Virus record (IMG/VR): IMGVR_UViG_3300034782_000041
Coordinates: 74,407-138,406 of that record
Length of the DNA stretch: 64,000 bases
Reading direction: 5' to 3' (one strand)
Source of the DNA: a virus
Positions 1 through 10,268 of this stretch are shown one piece after another (within the stretch, counting starts at the first letter, position 1; every line of letters begins with the position of its first letter). Made by a program: the position numbers and the translations under genes. The notes under the pieces were generated by a model that was not told the origin of the DNA, ran no database searches, and saw only the letters and a list, made by a program, of their open reading frames with translations.

Positions 1-1
1 G

Positions 2-169
2 TCGAACTTCTACAACTTCGCGATCCCAAACGATCCGAAGACCATCCGTTTCGTTGAAGAGACTACGGACAAAGCAGCAGAGCGCGCGATGAAGTCTGGT
101 GCAGGTGACCTGACCTATCCGCGATCCTTCCTGCAATGGCTGACGAAGGCTGAGAAACGCTGCCGGTAG
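2..169 (+). CDS. partial CDS (C-terminal end of unknown protein, enters from window edge)
   Basis: Open frame from position 2 to TAG at 167-169 (…DPKTIRFVEETTDKAAERAMKSGAGDLTYPRSFLQWLTKAEKRCR*); no recognisable domain. Confidence 0.3.
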   Translation, partial: SNFYNFAIPNDPKTIRFVEETTDKAAERAMKSGAGDLTYPRSFLQWLTKAEKRCR

Positions 170-179
170 AGGCTGACGT

Positions 180-473
180 ATGTTGACATTGCAGCAAGCG
201 GGCACGGTTACATCAGCACTCTCGCCGACCCCTACCGCATACACGGCGAACCGTATCGTCGCGCCAGTCATCCCCGAGGACGTGCCACTCCAATGCCGGT
301 ACAACCCTGACGACCAAGCCTGGCATTGTAGCTACGCTCGCTGGTTTCGGCAGCCAGCGACCACTACCATCCTTTTGATGGGTGTGATGGGGCTCGCGAT
401 GGGTTTCCTCATCGCAGCGTTTCCACCAGTCCGCGAGGCCCTCAAGACCGCGAAGTCGGTCAGCCCTGTCTAG
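180..473 (+). CDS. hypothetical small protein with C-terminal hydrophobic helix
   Basis: 97-aa ORF; C-terminal ILLMGVMGLAMGFLIAAF transmembrane-like stretch. Confidence 0.3.
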   Translation: MLTLQQAGTVTSALSPTPTAYTANRIVAPVIPEDVPLQCRYNPDDQAWHCSYARWFRQPATTTILLMGVMGLAMGFLIAAFPPVREALKTAKSVSPV

Positions 474-970
474 CGACGGCGGCGGCCGCTGAGATCCAGC
501 TTGCGTGGGCATGCCTCACGCATTGCATACCTGTAGCAGGGCCACGTGCCCTCGGTATCAAACCCGCCTGGCGTGTGTCGTAGCCGCCTTCCAGGTCGAT
601 CTCCCAGATAGCAATGCGCACGACCCTTCGTTGTCTGCTTCGCCCAGAAGCCTTCAGAAGCCACGGTCCTTGCCGTATCAGATGCGAGCGGTATGCCGTT
701 CTCACAAGCAAGTTGTAGCGCACGTTCGTAGAGCTTCGTTCCGATACCGCATCGGGGCGTCAGCACCTTCGCGTACTCTACGCCCAGGATAGGGCGGCCT
801 TCGAGTTCCTGTGTAGACAGATCCATACTGCCGACAGTACTGCCACCCATGAACGCAGTCAGCTCGTAGTCGCGTCCGCCTTCGTACTCATCTACGAGGT
901 ACGTGCGGATTTCGACGCGACTGCACTTCGGGTAGCTGGGCATTACTTGTTCCTGTCCTCGACGATGCAA
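470..970 (-). CDS. GNAT-family N-acetyltransferase-like protein
   Basis: ILGVEYAKVLTPRCGIGTKLYERALQLACENG resembles GNAT motif A (R-x-x-G-x-G/A), followed by GFWAKQ; likely true start at internal MPSYPK. Confidence 0.4.
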   Translation of the reverse strand: MHRRGQEQVMPSYPKCSRVEIRTYLVDEYEGGRDYELTAFMGGSTVGSMDLSTQELEGRPILGVEYAKVLTPRCGIGTKLYERALQLACENGIPLASDTARTVASEGFWAKQTTKGRAHCYLGDRPGRRLRHTPGGFDTEGTWPCYRYAMREACPRKLDLSGRRRR

Positions 971-1115
971 CTACTTGCAGCTGTCAGATCCTTTGCACCG
1001 TCGCAAACCACGCGGCCCCCTTTGCGAACGGTCCACTTCGAGCCTTGCTTCTCAGCCGTGTACGTGCGGTGCCGCCAGAGGCCCTTACGGACGCGCCGGA
1101 ATTTGAGTCGGTCGC

Positions 1116-1478
1116 TCACAACTCTACGATACCGGAAACGAAGGCAGCTGAGCAGCTCAAAATTGCCAGTTCTGGATTGCCGTCCTCACCCTCGGGAATG
1201 ATGACCGCATCAACACCTTCTTCTTGCAGCTCCTCTAAGGCTTCCTCGTCGTACCTAGTGAGTGTGCTGACCGTAGCGTACTCCGTAAGACGTACAACGA
1301 AAACGATTGGCTCGCCGTCGTCGATAGCGGCCCGACTTTCCGCAAAGTACTGAGCATGCCGAGGTGAGGCCGTTGCCCAAACGAATGCCTCATGAGTAGC
1401 GTAAGCGGGATCGAGAAAGTCTCCAACGGCTAGATCTGCTGCGGTTGATGTCCCATGGTACCAACGCATATACTTCAT
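1116..1478 (-). CDS. hypothetical protein
   Basis: 120-aa minus-strand ORF, protein-like composition, no recognisable motif. Confidence 0.45.
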   Translation of the reverse strand: MKYMRWYHGTSTAADLAVGDFLDPAYATHEAFVWATASPRHAQYFAESRAAIDDGEPIVFVVRLTEYATVSTLTRYDEEALEELQEEGVDAVIIPEGEDGNPELAILSCSAAFVSGIVEL

Positions 1479-1553
1479 GTTACCGGCTTGCGTAGTCGTG
1501 TTGGTGGTGCCGTCTTTTTGACGCTCACCGCGGGTTACGGCCCATGGAATGTA

Positions 1554-1770
1554 TCAGCGTCGCAGCCGACGTGCGCGCTGTGCGTCGTTCTCGACTTGAA
1601 GAATGCCTCTGCGCTTGTAGACACGCTTGCCGACGTCCTTGGTGAGCACACGGCCGATGAAGTCTTCGGTCGGCCACCATTTGCCGAAGGCACAGATCCG
1701 CGCCTTTCCGATGTCGCCTCGGCGCAGTGTGTAGAAGGGATCGCTCGGTCGGCCGCAGCTCTTTCGCATG
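1554..1770 (-). CDS. hypothetical protein
   Basis: Start MRKSCGRP… preceded by GGAGG RBS (plus 1771-1780 reads catgattacctcc). Confidence 0.4.
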
Positions 1771-2353
1771 ATTACCTCCGAAGCCAAGATATCACAGGTT
1801 CCGCAATCACGCGTGTAGCCGTTCAGGCGCTGCACAGCTAATAGCTGCCTCGGCTAGCGACGACGCGGACAGGCGATACGCTTCCACGGCAGCTTGCGGG
1901 TCGCGTAACGTGACGGCATGCCGTTCTGCGGCTCGAACTCGACGTCGGAGCCGAACTCTTTTTCGACCGCGCGCTAGGAGACGCGGTGGCATTCGATCGC
2001 GTCGCGGTGCGTACTAGGCAGCGAACGATCTCGGGTCTTGCGATACCAGCCGTTCTCGTCGAAGGCGAAGCTCACCTCAACCGCCTGGCCCTGATCAACT
2101 GGTGCAACGAGCCATTTCATTCCTAGTCTCCTTCCTCCGATCATGTCTCAACGTACCACGGCGCCACACTCGGGTGCTAACCTCACGTTGTAGCGGCGTG
2201 CTTGTTGAAACTTTTCGAGGCTTTCATGGCGCTCCCTATGCTGCGAGCTTCAGCCAGATCCAGCCGCCGACCTCCCAGCCAAGCCGGATGATGATCGCGG
2301 CGACGAAGTAGCGCGCCGCGGAGTAGGCTTCTGTCTTCGCGTCCGTGCCCATG

Positions 2354-2566
2354 CTAGCAGCCGCGTTTTCGCTTGAGATACTGGTAGTACATGCGCGCTC
2401 GCGAGCCTGGCGCGTTCTTGCTCTTGTGGTAGCGAGCTGCCTTCGCGGCGTCAAGGATCTTGCAGACGTCGTCATTGCGAAGCTGATGGAAGTCTTGTCG
2501 GAAATCGATGCCCTCGGCAATCAACCGGCGTTTGGCATCACAGGCGGTAATCTTTCGCTTCGCCAT
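2354..2566 (-). CDS. hypothetical basic protein
   Basis: 70-aa ORF MAKRKITACDAKRRLIAEG…. Confidence 0.35.
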   Translation of the reverse strand: MAKRKITACDAKRRLIAEGIDFRQDFHQLRNDDVCKILDAAKAARYHKSKNAPGSRARMYYQYLKRKRGC

Positions 2567-2569
2567 CGG

Positions 2570-2968
2570 TTATCTTCTCGGGTTGTGGTCGCAGCGCGCC
2601 TTGCGGATGAGTCTACGCGCGACTTTGCACTTGCCCTCCCAGGCTGCCTTGATGGCTGAGTGCAGTGCATCCACGTTCTCGCAATGCATCGCAGCACTCG
2701 TGCGGTATGCCTTTGCGAGCGCGTCAGCCATGTCGTATTCACGGCTGCAACCCGGCGCTTGCGGGTGACGATGTTGAAAGGCCTCGACCTGCTCCTCCCA
2801 CGGGGACAGGTACTCTTCCTCGTCGTCGTAGTCGTAGTCTTCTTCCCAGGCGCCGACAGTGCCGCCCTTCCGACCACGGACCGCTAGTGCGGTCGCTGTA
2901 CCAGCTCCGATTAGCAACATCGTACCGCCGGCCCACCAGACCCATACGGGAATTTTCGAGATCGACAT
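2570..2968 (-). CDS. hypothetical membrane-anchored protein (N-terminal TM helix, acidic tail)
   Basis: IPVWVWWAGGTMLLIGAGTATALAV hydrophobic segment then DYDYDDEEEY. Confidence 0.45.
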   Translation of the reverse strand: MSISKIPVWVWWAGGTMLLIGAGTATALAVRGRKGGTVGAWEEDYDYDDEEEYLSPWEEQVEAFQHRHPQAPGCSREYDMADALAKAYRTSAAMHCENVDALHSAIKAAWEGKCKVARRLIRKARCDHNPRR

Positions 2969-3022
2969 GGCTTCTACGCTACCATAGGATTGCTAAGTCT
3001 GCGCGAGCCCAGTGTCAGCCGG

Positions 3023-3238
3023 TCACGGGAAGATAGCTTTTTCCAAAGCGAAAAACAGATTTTCCATCGCCATCTTTTCGGACGTAACACGATCCTCACC
3101 CCATCCTTTGCCACAGTAGACGGGCATACCAGGTGCTGCCCGATAGCACATCCGCGTGTAGCACTTGCTGACGCCGTCCTCGGTTTGTTTACCGTTCCGG
3201 CAGAAGGCGTCGAGCTTGAGGTGATTCGTCTTGCGCAT
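3023..3238 (-). CDS. hypothetical Cys-containing small protein
   Basis: 71-aa ORF. Confidence 0.35.
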   Translation of the reverse strand: MRKTNHLKLDAFCRNGKQTEDGVSKCYTRMCYRAAPGMPVYCGKGWGEDRVTSEKMAMENLFFALEKAIFP

Positions 3239-3240
3239 GG

Positions 3241-3642
3241 CTACGCTTGAGCTTTGCGCCTACGGACGAAGTAGATGGTCGCGCCGATGCCTGCTGCTGC
3301 AACGATGGTGATGACGACGGGCCAGAACCACTTGCGTTTGGTCAGGCCTCCACTCTTCTCGACGTCTTCACGCTTCACCGGGCAACCCTTGGAGGAAGTG
3401 AGCTGGCCGTTTGGTGCGACGACGATTGCGCTGACAACTTTGCCGCCGCTGATCTCTTCCCGATCGAATTGGCCCTTCGCATCGGTTTCTTCTTCGTAGC
3501 TCTCCACGGCGTAGTAGAGCTTGTTGTCTTTGATGACCTGCGAGCGGACCTCGTACTTCCCGGTGCCCGTCGTTGGAATGCCCATGTGGGTGATGAAATC
3601 TTGGAGTACCTCAGGTGGGCACGACTCTGACGTAGCTAGCAT
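3241..3642 (-). CDS. hypothetical tail-anchored membrane protein
   Basis: C-terminal WFWPVVITIVAAAGIGATIYFVRRRK TM segment. Confidence 0.5.
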   Translation of the reverse strand: MLATSESCPPEVLQDFITHMGIPTTGTGKYEVRSQVIKDNKLYYAVESYEEETDAKGQFDREEISGGKVVSAIVVAPNGQLTSSKGCPVKREDVEKSGGLTKRKWFWPVVITIVAAAGIGATIYFVRRRKAQA

Positions 3643-3651
3643 GACTCTCTC

Positions 3652-3984
3652 CTATTCAGGCTTTTTTGGTTCGGGAGGCAGCTCCGGGGCGGCTAGCGTT
3701 GGCGCTGGAGCTGAGATAGGGGCCGCGAGTGGCTTGGGTTTGCGCGGACGCGGCGCCCGCGGTTTGCGGCTTAGTTGCCGCACGCCGTTGATGTAGCAAA
3801 CGCCCGTCGCCTCACCCAGCGTTCCAAACCCACGCTCGCCCTTCTTGATGCATACCTGGCGCCCGGTGTTGTCCGGCTTGGAGAGCATCCCCGCCATCTC
3901 CTCGACGATCTTCTTCGGACCGCGCGGAGTGGCCGCGACGCCTGTCTCGTAGACGCCCCAGTACTGGTAGCTCTTTTTCGGCAT
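3652..3984 (-). CDS. hypothetical protein with Pro/Lys-rich tail
   Basis: 110-aa ORF, C-terminal PRAPRPRKPKPLAAP… low complexity. Confidence 0.45.
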   Translation of the reverse strand: MPKKSYQYWGVYETGVAATPRGPKKIVEEMAGMLSKPDNTGRQVCIKKGERGFGTLGEATGVCYINGVRQLSRKPRAPRPRKPKPLAAPISAPAPTLAAPELPPEPKKPE

Positions 3985-4046
3985 GAAACTACCCTATCAT
4001 GATCGCTCACGCGATCAAAATAGGGTTCTGTGCGGGGGTAGACAGT

Positions 4047-4388
4047 CTAGGCGAGTCGATCGCGGGCCTGACTGATGATCCAGTCAGCAAGGACGTTGGA
4101 GTACAGGTCCGAGAACCCGTTTCTGCCGGCCGCGCTCTCCTCGATGAACGCCTCAGCCTCACGCTTGCCTTCCTCGCTCGCGGCCCAGCCAATTTCCATG
4201 CTGGCAGCGGTCTGCTGCGCGACTTGTTGAACGCGCTCAACAACCTCCCTGCGAGCTTCCTCGAACTTCGACAGAGCATTGGCGGCTACGGCGGCGGCTT
4301 CCTGGATTCGAGGATCAGCAGCAGCAAACATGGTCGTGCTCCAGCAGCAAATGATTTGGTTGGCAAAGGCGGGATCAGGAGAGTTCAC
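4047..4388 (-). CDS. hypothetical protein
   Basis: 113-aa ORF. Confidence 0.45.
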   Translation of the reverse strand: MNSPDPAFANQIICCWSTTMFAAADPRIQEAAAVAANALSKFEEARREVVERVQQVAQQTAASMEIGWAASEEGKREAEAFIEESAAGRNGFSDLYSNVLADWIISQARDRLA

Positions 4389-4454
4389 GTCTATGCCATA
4401 ACACAGAGGTGTGACAGCCCCACTAGTGTTGTCTGCGTAGGCAAGCTGCGTGTA

Positions 4455-6809
4455 TCAACAACGCGAGAAGCCGCACAGCGCGCACTTGGCGCAGCCCTCG
4501 GCGTAGTACAGCGCGACCTGGTGGCAATCTGGGCAGATGTCGCCGAAGGCAACGTGTTTGTGGCCGTTGCCGTTACCGTTGCCATTCCCATTCCCGTTGC
4601 CGTTTCCATGGCCATTTCCGTGCCCGTGCCCATTGCCGTGCCCGTTGCCGTGGCTATCCCCCTTAGGTGCCCCTGGAGGCTCTACGACGGCCTCTGCTGG
4701 CGAGGCCTGCGTAGACGCTCGGCGGCTTTCGAGCGCGTCAGCGAGCGAACGGAGGGCCTTGGCGACCCCATCTGGGAGTGACAGGACCCGTTCTTGCCCA
4801 AATCCCACCGAATCCCCCCCGCCGATGCCCGAGAGCTGGTCCGCGATGAGCTGGAGGCGCCGCTCGGGGCTGATCGGGCTGTCCAGCCGGAGCACCAGGG
4901 ATCCCAGCCGGGCAATGGCCTCACAGTCGGCGCTGACTGCTGTGCCAGCACGGCTGACAGCGAGCCAGGTTTCAAACGGCCGGTCGTTGATGTCCAACCC
5001 GACCTTGACGCTGAGCTTGCCTGTGGGCGTCTTGATCATCTCGCCGAGGAGATCATATGTACCCGTCGGGATGGGGTGCAGCTCGGGGCGCTTGCCGGTA
5101 CCAAGCGTCAGGGTTTGATTCGCACGGCACTGATCGCGATAGACCGTGATGCCCTTGCAACCTTCTTCCCAGGCGAGCTTGTAGGCGCGTTCTACGTCAG
5201 CAACGGTCGCGTCTTTGGGCATGTTGATCGTTTTGGACACCGCGCACTCGACGTGCTGCTGAAATGCGGCTTGCATCTGCACATGCGCAGCTGGATCGAT
5301 TTCGTTGGCGACCGCGAAGACACGTTGCCATCGTGTGGGCACGTCGGGATCGTCTCGAACGGTGCCGTTCTCTTTGACGCGTTCCATGAGCGCATCACTG
5401 TAGAAGCCTTCCCGCTTCGCGATCTCGACGAAGTCTGGGTTGACGTCTACCATCTCCATGTCGGCTTGCCTGCGCGTCTGGACGATGGCAAACAACGGCT
5501 CTATGCCGCTAGAACATCCCGCGATGATCGAGATGGATCCGGTTGGCGCAATCGTGGTCACCGTCCCGTTGCGACGGTGTTTGCGCCCCGCCGTGAAGTG
5601 TTTTGAACGCTCGAATGCTGGAAACGGTCCACGAAGCGCTGCTAGCTCCTCGCTGGCTTCGATTGCCTGCGTGTTGATGAACTTCATCACGTTGCCGGCG
5701 AGGTCGCGCGCTTGCTGTGACGCGTAGGGAACACCCATCTTGATCAGGAGGTCCGCCCAGCCCATGACGCCGAGGCCAACACGGCGATTTTCCCGTGTGC
5801 GTTCTGCCAACTGAGGAATCGGGTACTGGTTGACGTCGTGGATGTCATCGAGGAAGCGCACAGCGAGCTGCGTCGTAGCTTCGAGTCGCTTGAAGTCCAA
5901 TTCTCGATTTGCTACGTCGTAGAAGTTGACGAGATTGATCGATCCCAGATCGCAAGCGTCATACGGGTGAAGTGGCTGCTCGCCGCATGGATTTGGGGCT
6001 TCAATCGGATCGTCGGCCGTCGTCAACGGATCGAGTTCATTCACACGATCTAGGAAGAAGAGCCCTGGCTCACCTGTGGCATGTGCGTTGCGAACGACCC
6101 GATCGAAAACCATTCGAGCTGCTAGCTCGCTCACAACCTCATTCGTGCGTGGGTTGACCAGCGCGTACATTGCGTCTGCTGCCAACGCGTCCATGAAGGC
6201 GTTCGTGATCCCGACACTGATGTTGAAGTTCTGTAGCTCGCTCGGATCTTTCTTGCAGTCGATGAAGTCGAGAATATCCGGGTGGTCGCAACGCAAGACG
6301 CTTATGTTCGCCCCGCGCCGAACGCCGCTTTGCTTCACGCACTCCGTAACGTTGTTGTATGCCTTCATGAAGCTGATCGGACCACTCGCAAGTCCGGTAG
6401 TGGATCGCACGAAGTCGTCTTTGGGGCGCAGCCGCGAAAAACTGAACCCCGTCCCAGCGCCCTGTTGGTGGCTCAATGCCATGTCGCGCAGTGTTCCGAA
6501 GATGCTCGGCATCGAGTCCTCGATGGGCAACACGATGCAGGCGGACAGGAGCCCGGCGGACAGTCCCGCATTTACCAAGCAGGGCGTGTTTGGCATGAAA
6601 TCTCGGGCGGCCATCATGCGATAGAAGGAGGGCCACACCGTCTCCGGATCGACGCCGTGATTGCGTTCTGCTCGTGCGACATGCTTGGCTACTGCAACGA
6701 AGCGGTCGCGTGGCGTCTCGATGACTTCCCCTTTCTCGTTCCGCTTCAGATACCGTTTCGCTAGGACACTCTCCCCAATAGTGGTCAGATTCGGTTGCAG
6801 CAGTTCCAC
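4455..6809 (-). CDS. nrdJ: ribonucleoside-triphosphate/diphosphate reductase, class II (adenosylcobalamin-dependent), with C-terminal His/Asn/Gly-rich linker and Cys4 zinc ribbon
   Basis: 784-aa product with class II RNR hallmarks (NTPCLVNAG…, PNPCGEQPL, DACDLGSINL, TIAPTGSISIIAG); C-terminus HGNGHGNGHGHGNG(NG)n then CPDCHQV…CAKCALCG. Confidence 0.93.
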   Translation of the reverse strand: MELLQPNLTTIGESVLAKRYLKRNEKGEVIETPRDRFVAVAKHVARAERNHGVDPETVWPSFYRMMAARDFMPNTPCLVNAGLSAGLLSACIVLPIEDSMPSIFGTLRDMALSHQQGAGTGFSFSRLRPKDDFVRSTTGLASGPISFMKAYNNVTECVKQSGVRRGANISVLRCDHPDILDFIDCKKDPSELQNFNISVGITNAFMDALAADAMYALVNPRTNEVVSELAARMVFDRVVRNAHATGEPGLFFLDRVNELDPLTTADDPIEAPNPCGEQPLHPYDACDLGSINLVNFYDVANRELDFKRLEATTQLAVRFLDDIHDVNQYPIPQLAERTRENRRVGLGVMGWADLLIKMGVPYASQQARDLAGNVMKFINTQAIEASEELAALRGPFPAFERSKHFTAGRKHRRNGTVTTIAPTGSISIIAGCSSGIEPLFAIVQTRRQADMEMVDVNPDFVEIAKREGFYSDALMERVKENGTVRDDPDVPTRWQRVFAVANEIDPAAHVQMQAAFQQHVECAVSKTINMPKDATVADVERAYKLAWEEGCKGITVYRDQCRANQTLTLGTGKRPELHPIPTGTYDLLGEMIKTPTGKLSVKVGLDINDRPFETWLAVSRAGTAVSADCEAIARLGSLVLRLDSPISPERRLQLIADQLSGIGGGDSVGFGQERVLSLPDGVAKALRSLADALESRRASTQASPAEAVVEPPGAPKGDSHGNGHGNGHGHGNGHGNGNGNGNGNGNGNGHKHVAFGDICPDCHQVALYYAEGCAKCALCGFSRC

Positions 6810-7035
6810 GAGTCTCCGTCCTCGGTTGTGTAGGGCTCAAACGTCGGGCGCCTCGGTGCCGCCCCGACGCAGGCCATACTAGCATCGCGGCCTGACAAGA
6901 AACTGTCCGTTGTCATACGCGACGAAGAAATCGCGGCCGCGATCAGCTAACCGCGCGACACGTGGTGGAACCTATTGTTTGTCCGTGAGTGAGGAGAAGA
7001 AACGCAGAAGTCAGGCGTGAAGCCTTGACAACGGT

Positions 7036-7680
7036 CTAGTGACCGCTGCGCCTCACGGCGATAACTGCGATGATCGTTCCGAGGAGTGCAACTCCGCCGA
7101 TGACTCCGGCGATGGCAAGTACTGGAGTCTTCTTGGGCGTGGGTGTCATTGATGTCATCGCAGCTGCTGCTGATTGCGTTGGCGTCGTCGCCTGTGTTGA
7201 TGGCGCAGACGTCGTGGCTTGTGCAGCAGGCGTGGTCATGGGAGAGGCCCCGGACTGTGCCGGTGCAGTCGTTGTCGGGGTGAGTACAGTAGGTGACGGT
7301 TGAGACGTGGAAGGTGTCGCGACGGGGCGAGGCACCAGGAGGGCCTTCAACTGAGTAGTCAACTCAGTTGCAGTCTTGGCTGCGACTTCCTTGCTAAAGG
7401 CTCCCCGAGCTTGCCCGAGCGCACCGGTTGCGGCAGGTACCCGTGCGGCGATCTCCCGGATGAGCGTTACGGTGTTGACACCGATGAGTCCATCGACAGC
7501 GATGGGCGCCAACCCGAAGAGTGCGGCGACCTGGTTGGCAGCCTGTTGCAGATCCTGAAACAGCCTATGCGTGTTCGTGGCCCCATCGACTCCGTAACAG
7601 AGCTTCGCGCCGCATTTGTAGTTCGTGCCCTCGATGAGCACCGCGCCGAGGCCTTGTGAGTTGTGTGCGTAGAAGAGCAT
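7036..7680 (-). CDS. membrane-anchored protein with Thr/Pro/Ala-rich linker and C-terminal TM helix
   Basis: PIAVDGLIGVNTVTLIREIA segment resembles a peptidoglycan-binding domain; long T/P/A/S linker; C-terminal VLAIAGVIGGVALLGTIIAVIAV. Confidence 0.5.
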   Translation of the reverse strand: MLFYAHNSQGLGAVLIEGTNYKCGAKLCYGVDGATNTHRLFQDLQQAANQVAALFGLAPIAVDGLIGVNTVTLIREIAARVPAATGALGQARGAFSKEVAAKTATELTTQLKALLVPRPVATPSTSQPSPTVLTPTTTAPAQSGASPMTTPAAQATTSAPSTQATTPTQSAAAAMTSMTPTPKKTPVLAIAGVIGGVALLGTIIAVIAVRRSGH

Positions 7681-7730
7681 AAAGCCACACTATCACGAGA
7701 TCCTGTCCGCGATCATCTGTTAGACTGCAC

Positions 7731-8015
7731 GTGGTGCCTTACGGCCGAAATAGCGTACGTATTGACCTCGGCGACGGTCACGCGCTCTACGTAGTGCGTG
7801 AAAACGGCAATCAGGAGGTCATCATCGCTATCGTCCAGCCAGTCACCAAGAAGTGGACGGAGCGCCGCAAGCTAAGTTTGACGATTCCACAAGCCATGCG
7901 ACTGTCACGTGCACTCGCCAGCGTCGCGACGCTTGATGAGCCCTTGAAACTGCCTGGCCTGACGGTGATCAACAAACCCAAGCCACCAAGCGATGGTAAT
8001 GGAGATGCTGACTAG
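7731..8015 (+). CDS. hypothetical protein (one of few plus-strand genes)
   Basis: 94-aa ORF after a divergent intergenic gap at 7681-7730. Confidence 0.4.
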   Translation: MVPYGRNSVRIDLGDGHALYVVRENGNQEVIIAIVQPVTKKWTERRKLSLTIPQAMRLSRALASVATLDEPLKLPGLTVINKPKPPSDGNGDAD

Positions 8016-8034
8016 TTTGTGGGCGCCAGCAGGG

Positions 8035-8481
<447 letters not shown>

Positions 8482-8508
8482 GATGGTACTGCATTGACTG
8501 CTCGGCTT

Positions 8509-8856
8509 CTAGCTAGACGTTCGACCTAGCACCTCCCTGAAGACCCACTTTCGGAAGTCGTACTCTTCCTCCCAAAGATTCCGAGCAGCTCTTGCCTGCG
8601 ACCGCCGAAACTGTTTCTTGAAGTCCACACCTATCGAATAGCCGAGTATCCACTCGCCATCCCAGTTGATGGTAGCCCAGGCTGCGCCCTTCTTGCCGTT
8701 CTTGGGCCACCAGGAAGGGCGCCGTGCGGGCTTGACGAGAAGTACGATCTCCCAATTCGGGTTCGGCGCACCACAGCGCACACAAGCAGCACGTTTACAT
8801 CCGTGCTCGGTGAAACGGTGCCGTTTGTAGCTACCGCAAGCCATTGCTACTGCCAC
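8509..8856 (-). CDS. hypothetical Cys/His-containing protein
   Basis: 115-aa ORF. Confidence 0.4.
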   Translation of the reverse strand: MAVAMACGSYKRHRFTEHGCKRAACVRCGAPNPNWEIVLLVKPARRPSWWPKNGKKGAAWATINWDGEWILGYSIGVDFKKQFRRSQARAARNLWEEEYDFRKWVFREVLGRTSS

Positions 8857-9095
8857 TCAGAGGCACACTCGTCACAGAGCTGCATATTGGTTCCGGCGTG
8901 AAGCACTGAGCAGGTGGCAAGCGCGGTCCCGCAGATGATGCACACATCAGCCTTCGCTTCCTCTACGATCTGTTGGGCGACGTCATAGCGGCCTATGTCG
9001 ATTGCTGACCTGAGCGCTTGCTGCACAACAGTCAGATCATATTCGGGAGTGGGTCTGTTTTGTTTCGGGGATCTCACCCAACGTATGTTCATCAT
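8847..9095 (-). CDS. hypothetical zinc-ribbon-like protein
   Basis: CIICGTALATCS…CDEC Cys pairs. Confidence 0.4.
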   Translation of the reverse strand: MMNIRWVRSPKQNRPTPEYDLTVVQQALRSAIDIGRYDVAQQIVEEAKADVCIICGTALATCSVLHAGTNMQLCDECASEWQ

Positions 9096-9708
9096 CGTGC
9101 ACCAGAGCAGATAGGGCGATGTCGCGCGCGATATCCCAGTGTCCTATCTCGCAAGCGGCCAAGCAAGCATAGCCGACGTCAACATCATGTATTTGGCTGC
9201 CTCGACCGTTGGTGAGATCGTTGAGGCGGTACTGAAGGTGGACCTCGGTGAGGTCTTTTTCGGGAATCGTGAGTCGTTGATATAGTTGGTCCGCGATTCG
9301 CGCACCGTAAGCGTCTGGACCTGTTAATAGGTGAGCCCAGAAAACGTCTTTCAGTTCGCTGACCATTTCTACACTTTCAGGTCGGGGACGACTATTTCTC
9401 ATATTGGACAACCGCATAGCGTTATCCGCTGCGCGAGCATGTGCATTGCGGAGGAACTTCATCACAGAACGTATCGTTTTTACATGCCTCGATCGTATGC
9501 CCACGCCGCGCCATCGGCGACTCTTGCTCGGTCTACGCCCGAATCGGTCCAACTTTGCGAGTTCGCGATCTACGAGTTCGTACGCGAAACGCATCACGTA
9601 GTGGGTGTTACGCCACCCCAACCACAACCAGAGGTGAGGCTCGTCGTACGCGGGCACATAGGTCATGCAATACACACTACGCTTTACTTGCCGTAGCTCT
9701 AGCGGCAT
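9037..9708 (-). CDS. hypothetical protein
   Basis: 223-aa ORF. Confidence 0.45.
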   Translation of the reverse strand: MPLELRQVKRSVYCMTYVPAYDEPHLWLWLGWRNTHYVMRFAYELVDRELAKLDRFGRRPSKSRRWRGVGIRSRHVKTIRSVMKFLRNAHARAADNAMRLSNMRNSRPRPESVEMVSELKDVFWAHLLTGPDAYGARIADQLYQRLTIPEKDLTEVHLQYRLNDLTNGRGSQIHDVDVGYACLAACEIGHWDIARDIALSALVHDDEHTLGEIPETKQTHSRI

Positions 9709-10052
9709 CCTTTCATTCCCTCACCGCGAATCGCGAGCAGCTCTTGCAACGCATCGTGAATCGTCGTGAGCGCCATGAACAAATCGGGCACTTCCATCAA
9801 TCAGCTTGTTCATGCTGCGAACCAGATGCCGTTCGACCGCTTCTTGCAGCTCTGCGTCCGAACGTGGCTCTCCTGTCATGTCTTTGAATTCGGGATCAGC
9901 CATCGTTCTTCACCTCAGCTGGATCGGTTGTTTCCGCTAGCTCACCTTCTAGCCATCGTTCGTGGCACGCATTGCAAAGCACGCCGACGCTCGGGACGTC
10001 CGCCCAGTATAGTTCTTTGTTCACCACGATCCGACCATGGCATCGTGCGCAC

Positions 10053-10268
10053 TCAACTGTCTCCATGCTCACCTCGCATGTGCAATTGCGCGGGCCGATA
10101 GCAGATCGCGCAATTCCCTGTTCGTAGTTGCCCGTTGTGCGAATAGCGAATCGCTCGAAAGGAGTGATCGGTTACCGTATCCTCGGAGTGAACGTTCCGA
10201 AGATGGCGCCGCAGTCCGCCCGCCGTCTCGAATCCCGCTCCGCAAATGCAGCACCAGTGCCTATTCAT
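10053..10268 (-). CDS. small C2H2-like zinc-finger protein
   Basis: MNRHWCCICGAGFETAGGLRRHLRNVH (C-x2-C…H-x4-H) plus second CAICY…H; the 5' extension in the ORF track overlaps the next gene and is probably not translated. Confidence 0.4.
   Translation of the reverse strand: MNRHWCCICGAGFETAGGLRRHLRNVHSEDTVTDHSFRAIRYSHNGQLRTGNCAICYRPAQLHMRGEHGDS

Noticed and set aside
1841-2127. Minus-strand frame MKWLVAPVDQGQAVEVSFAFDENGWYRK…HRVS-TAG-RAVEKEFGSDVEFEPQNG… with an in-frame amber codon at 1976-1978, suggestive of stop-codon recoding or a pseudogene
   Set aside because: There is a single instance, and GC-rich DNA yields long spurious frames. No other gene shows in-frame TAG, so standard code 11 was assumed.
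3999-5606. Long plus-strand ORFs (3999-4781, 4794-5606) antisense to nrdJ and neighbours
   Set aside because: They lie opposite a confidently identified gene, and their translations are low-complexity (Pro/Ala/Arg-rich). These are typical high-GC antisense frame artifacts. The same applies to 32108-32836 opposite the SprT-like gene and 59555-60326 opposite the VWA gene.
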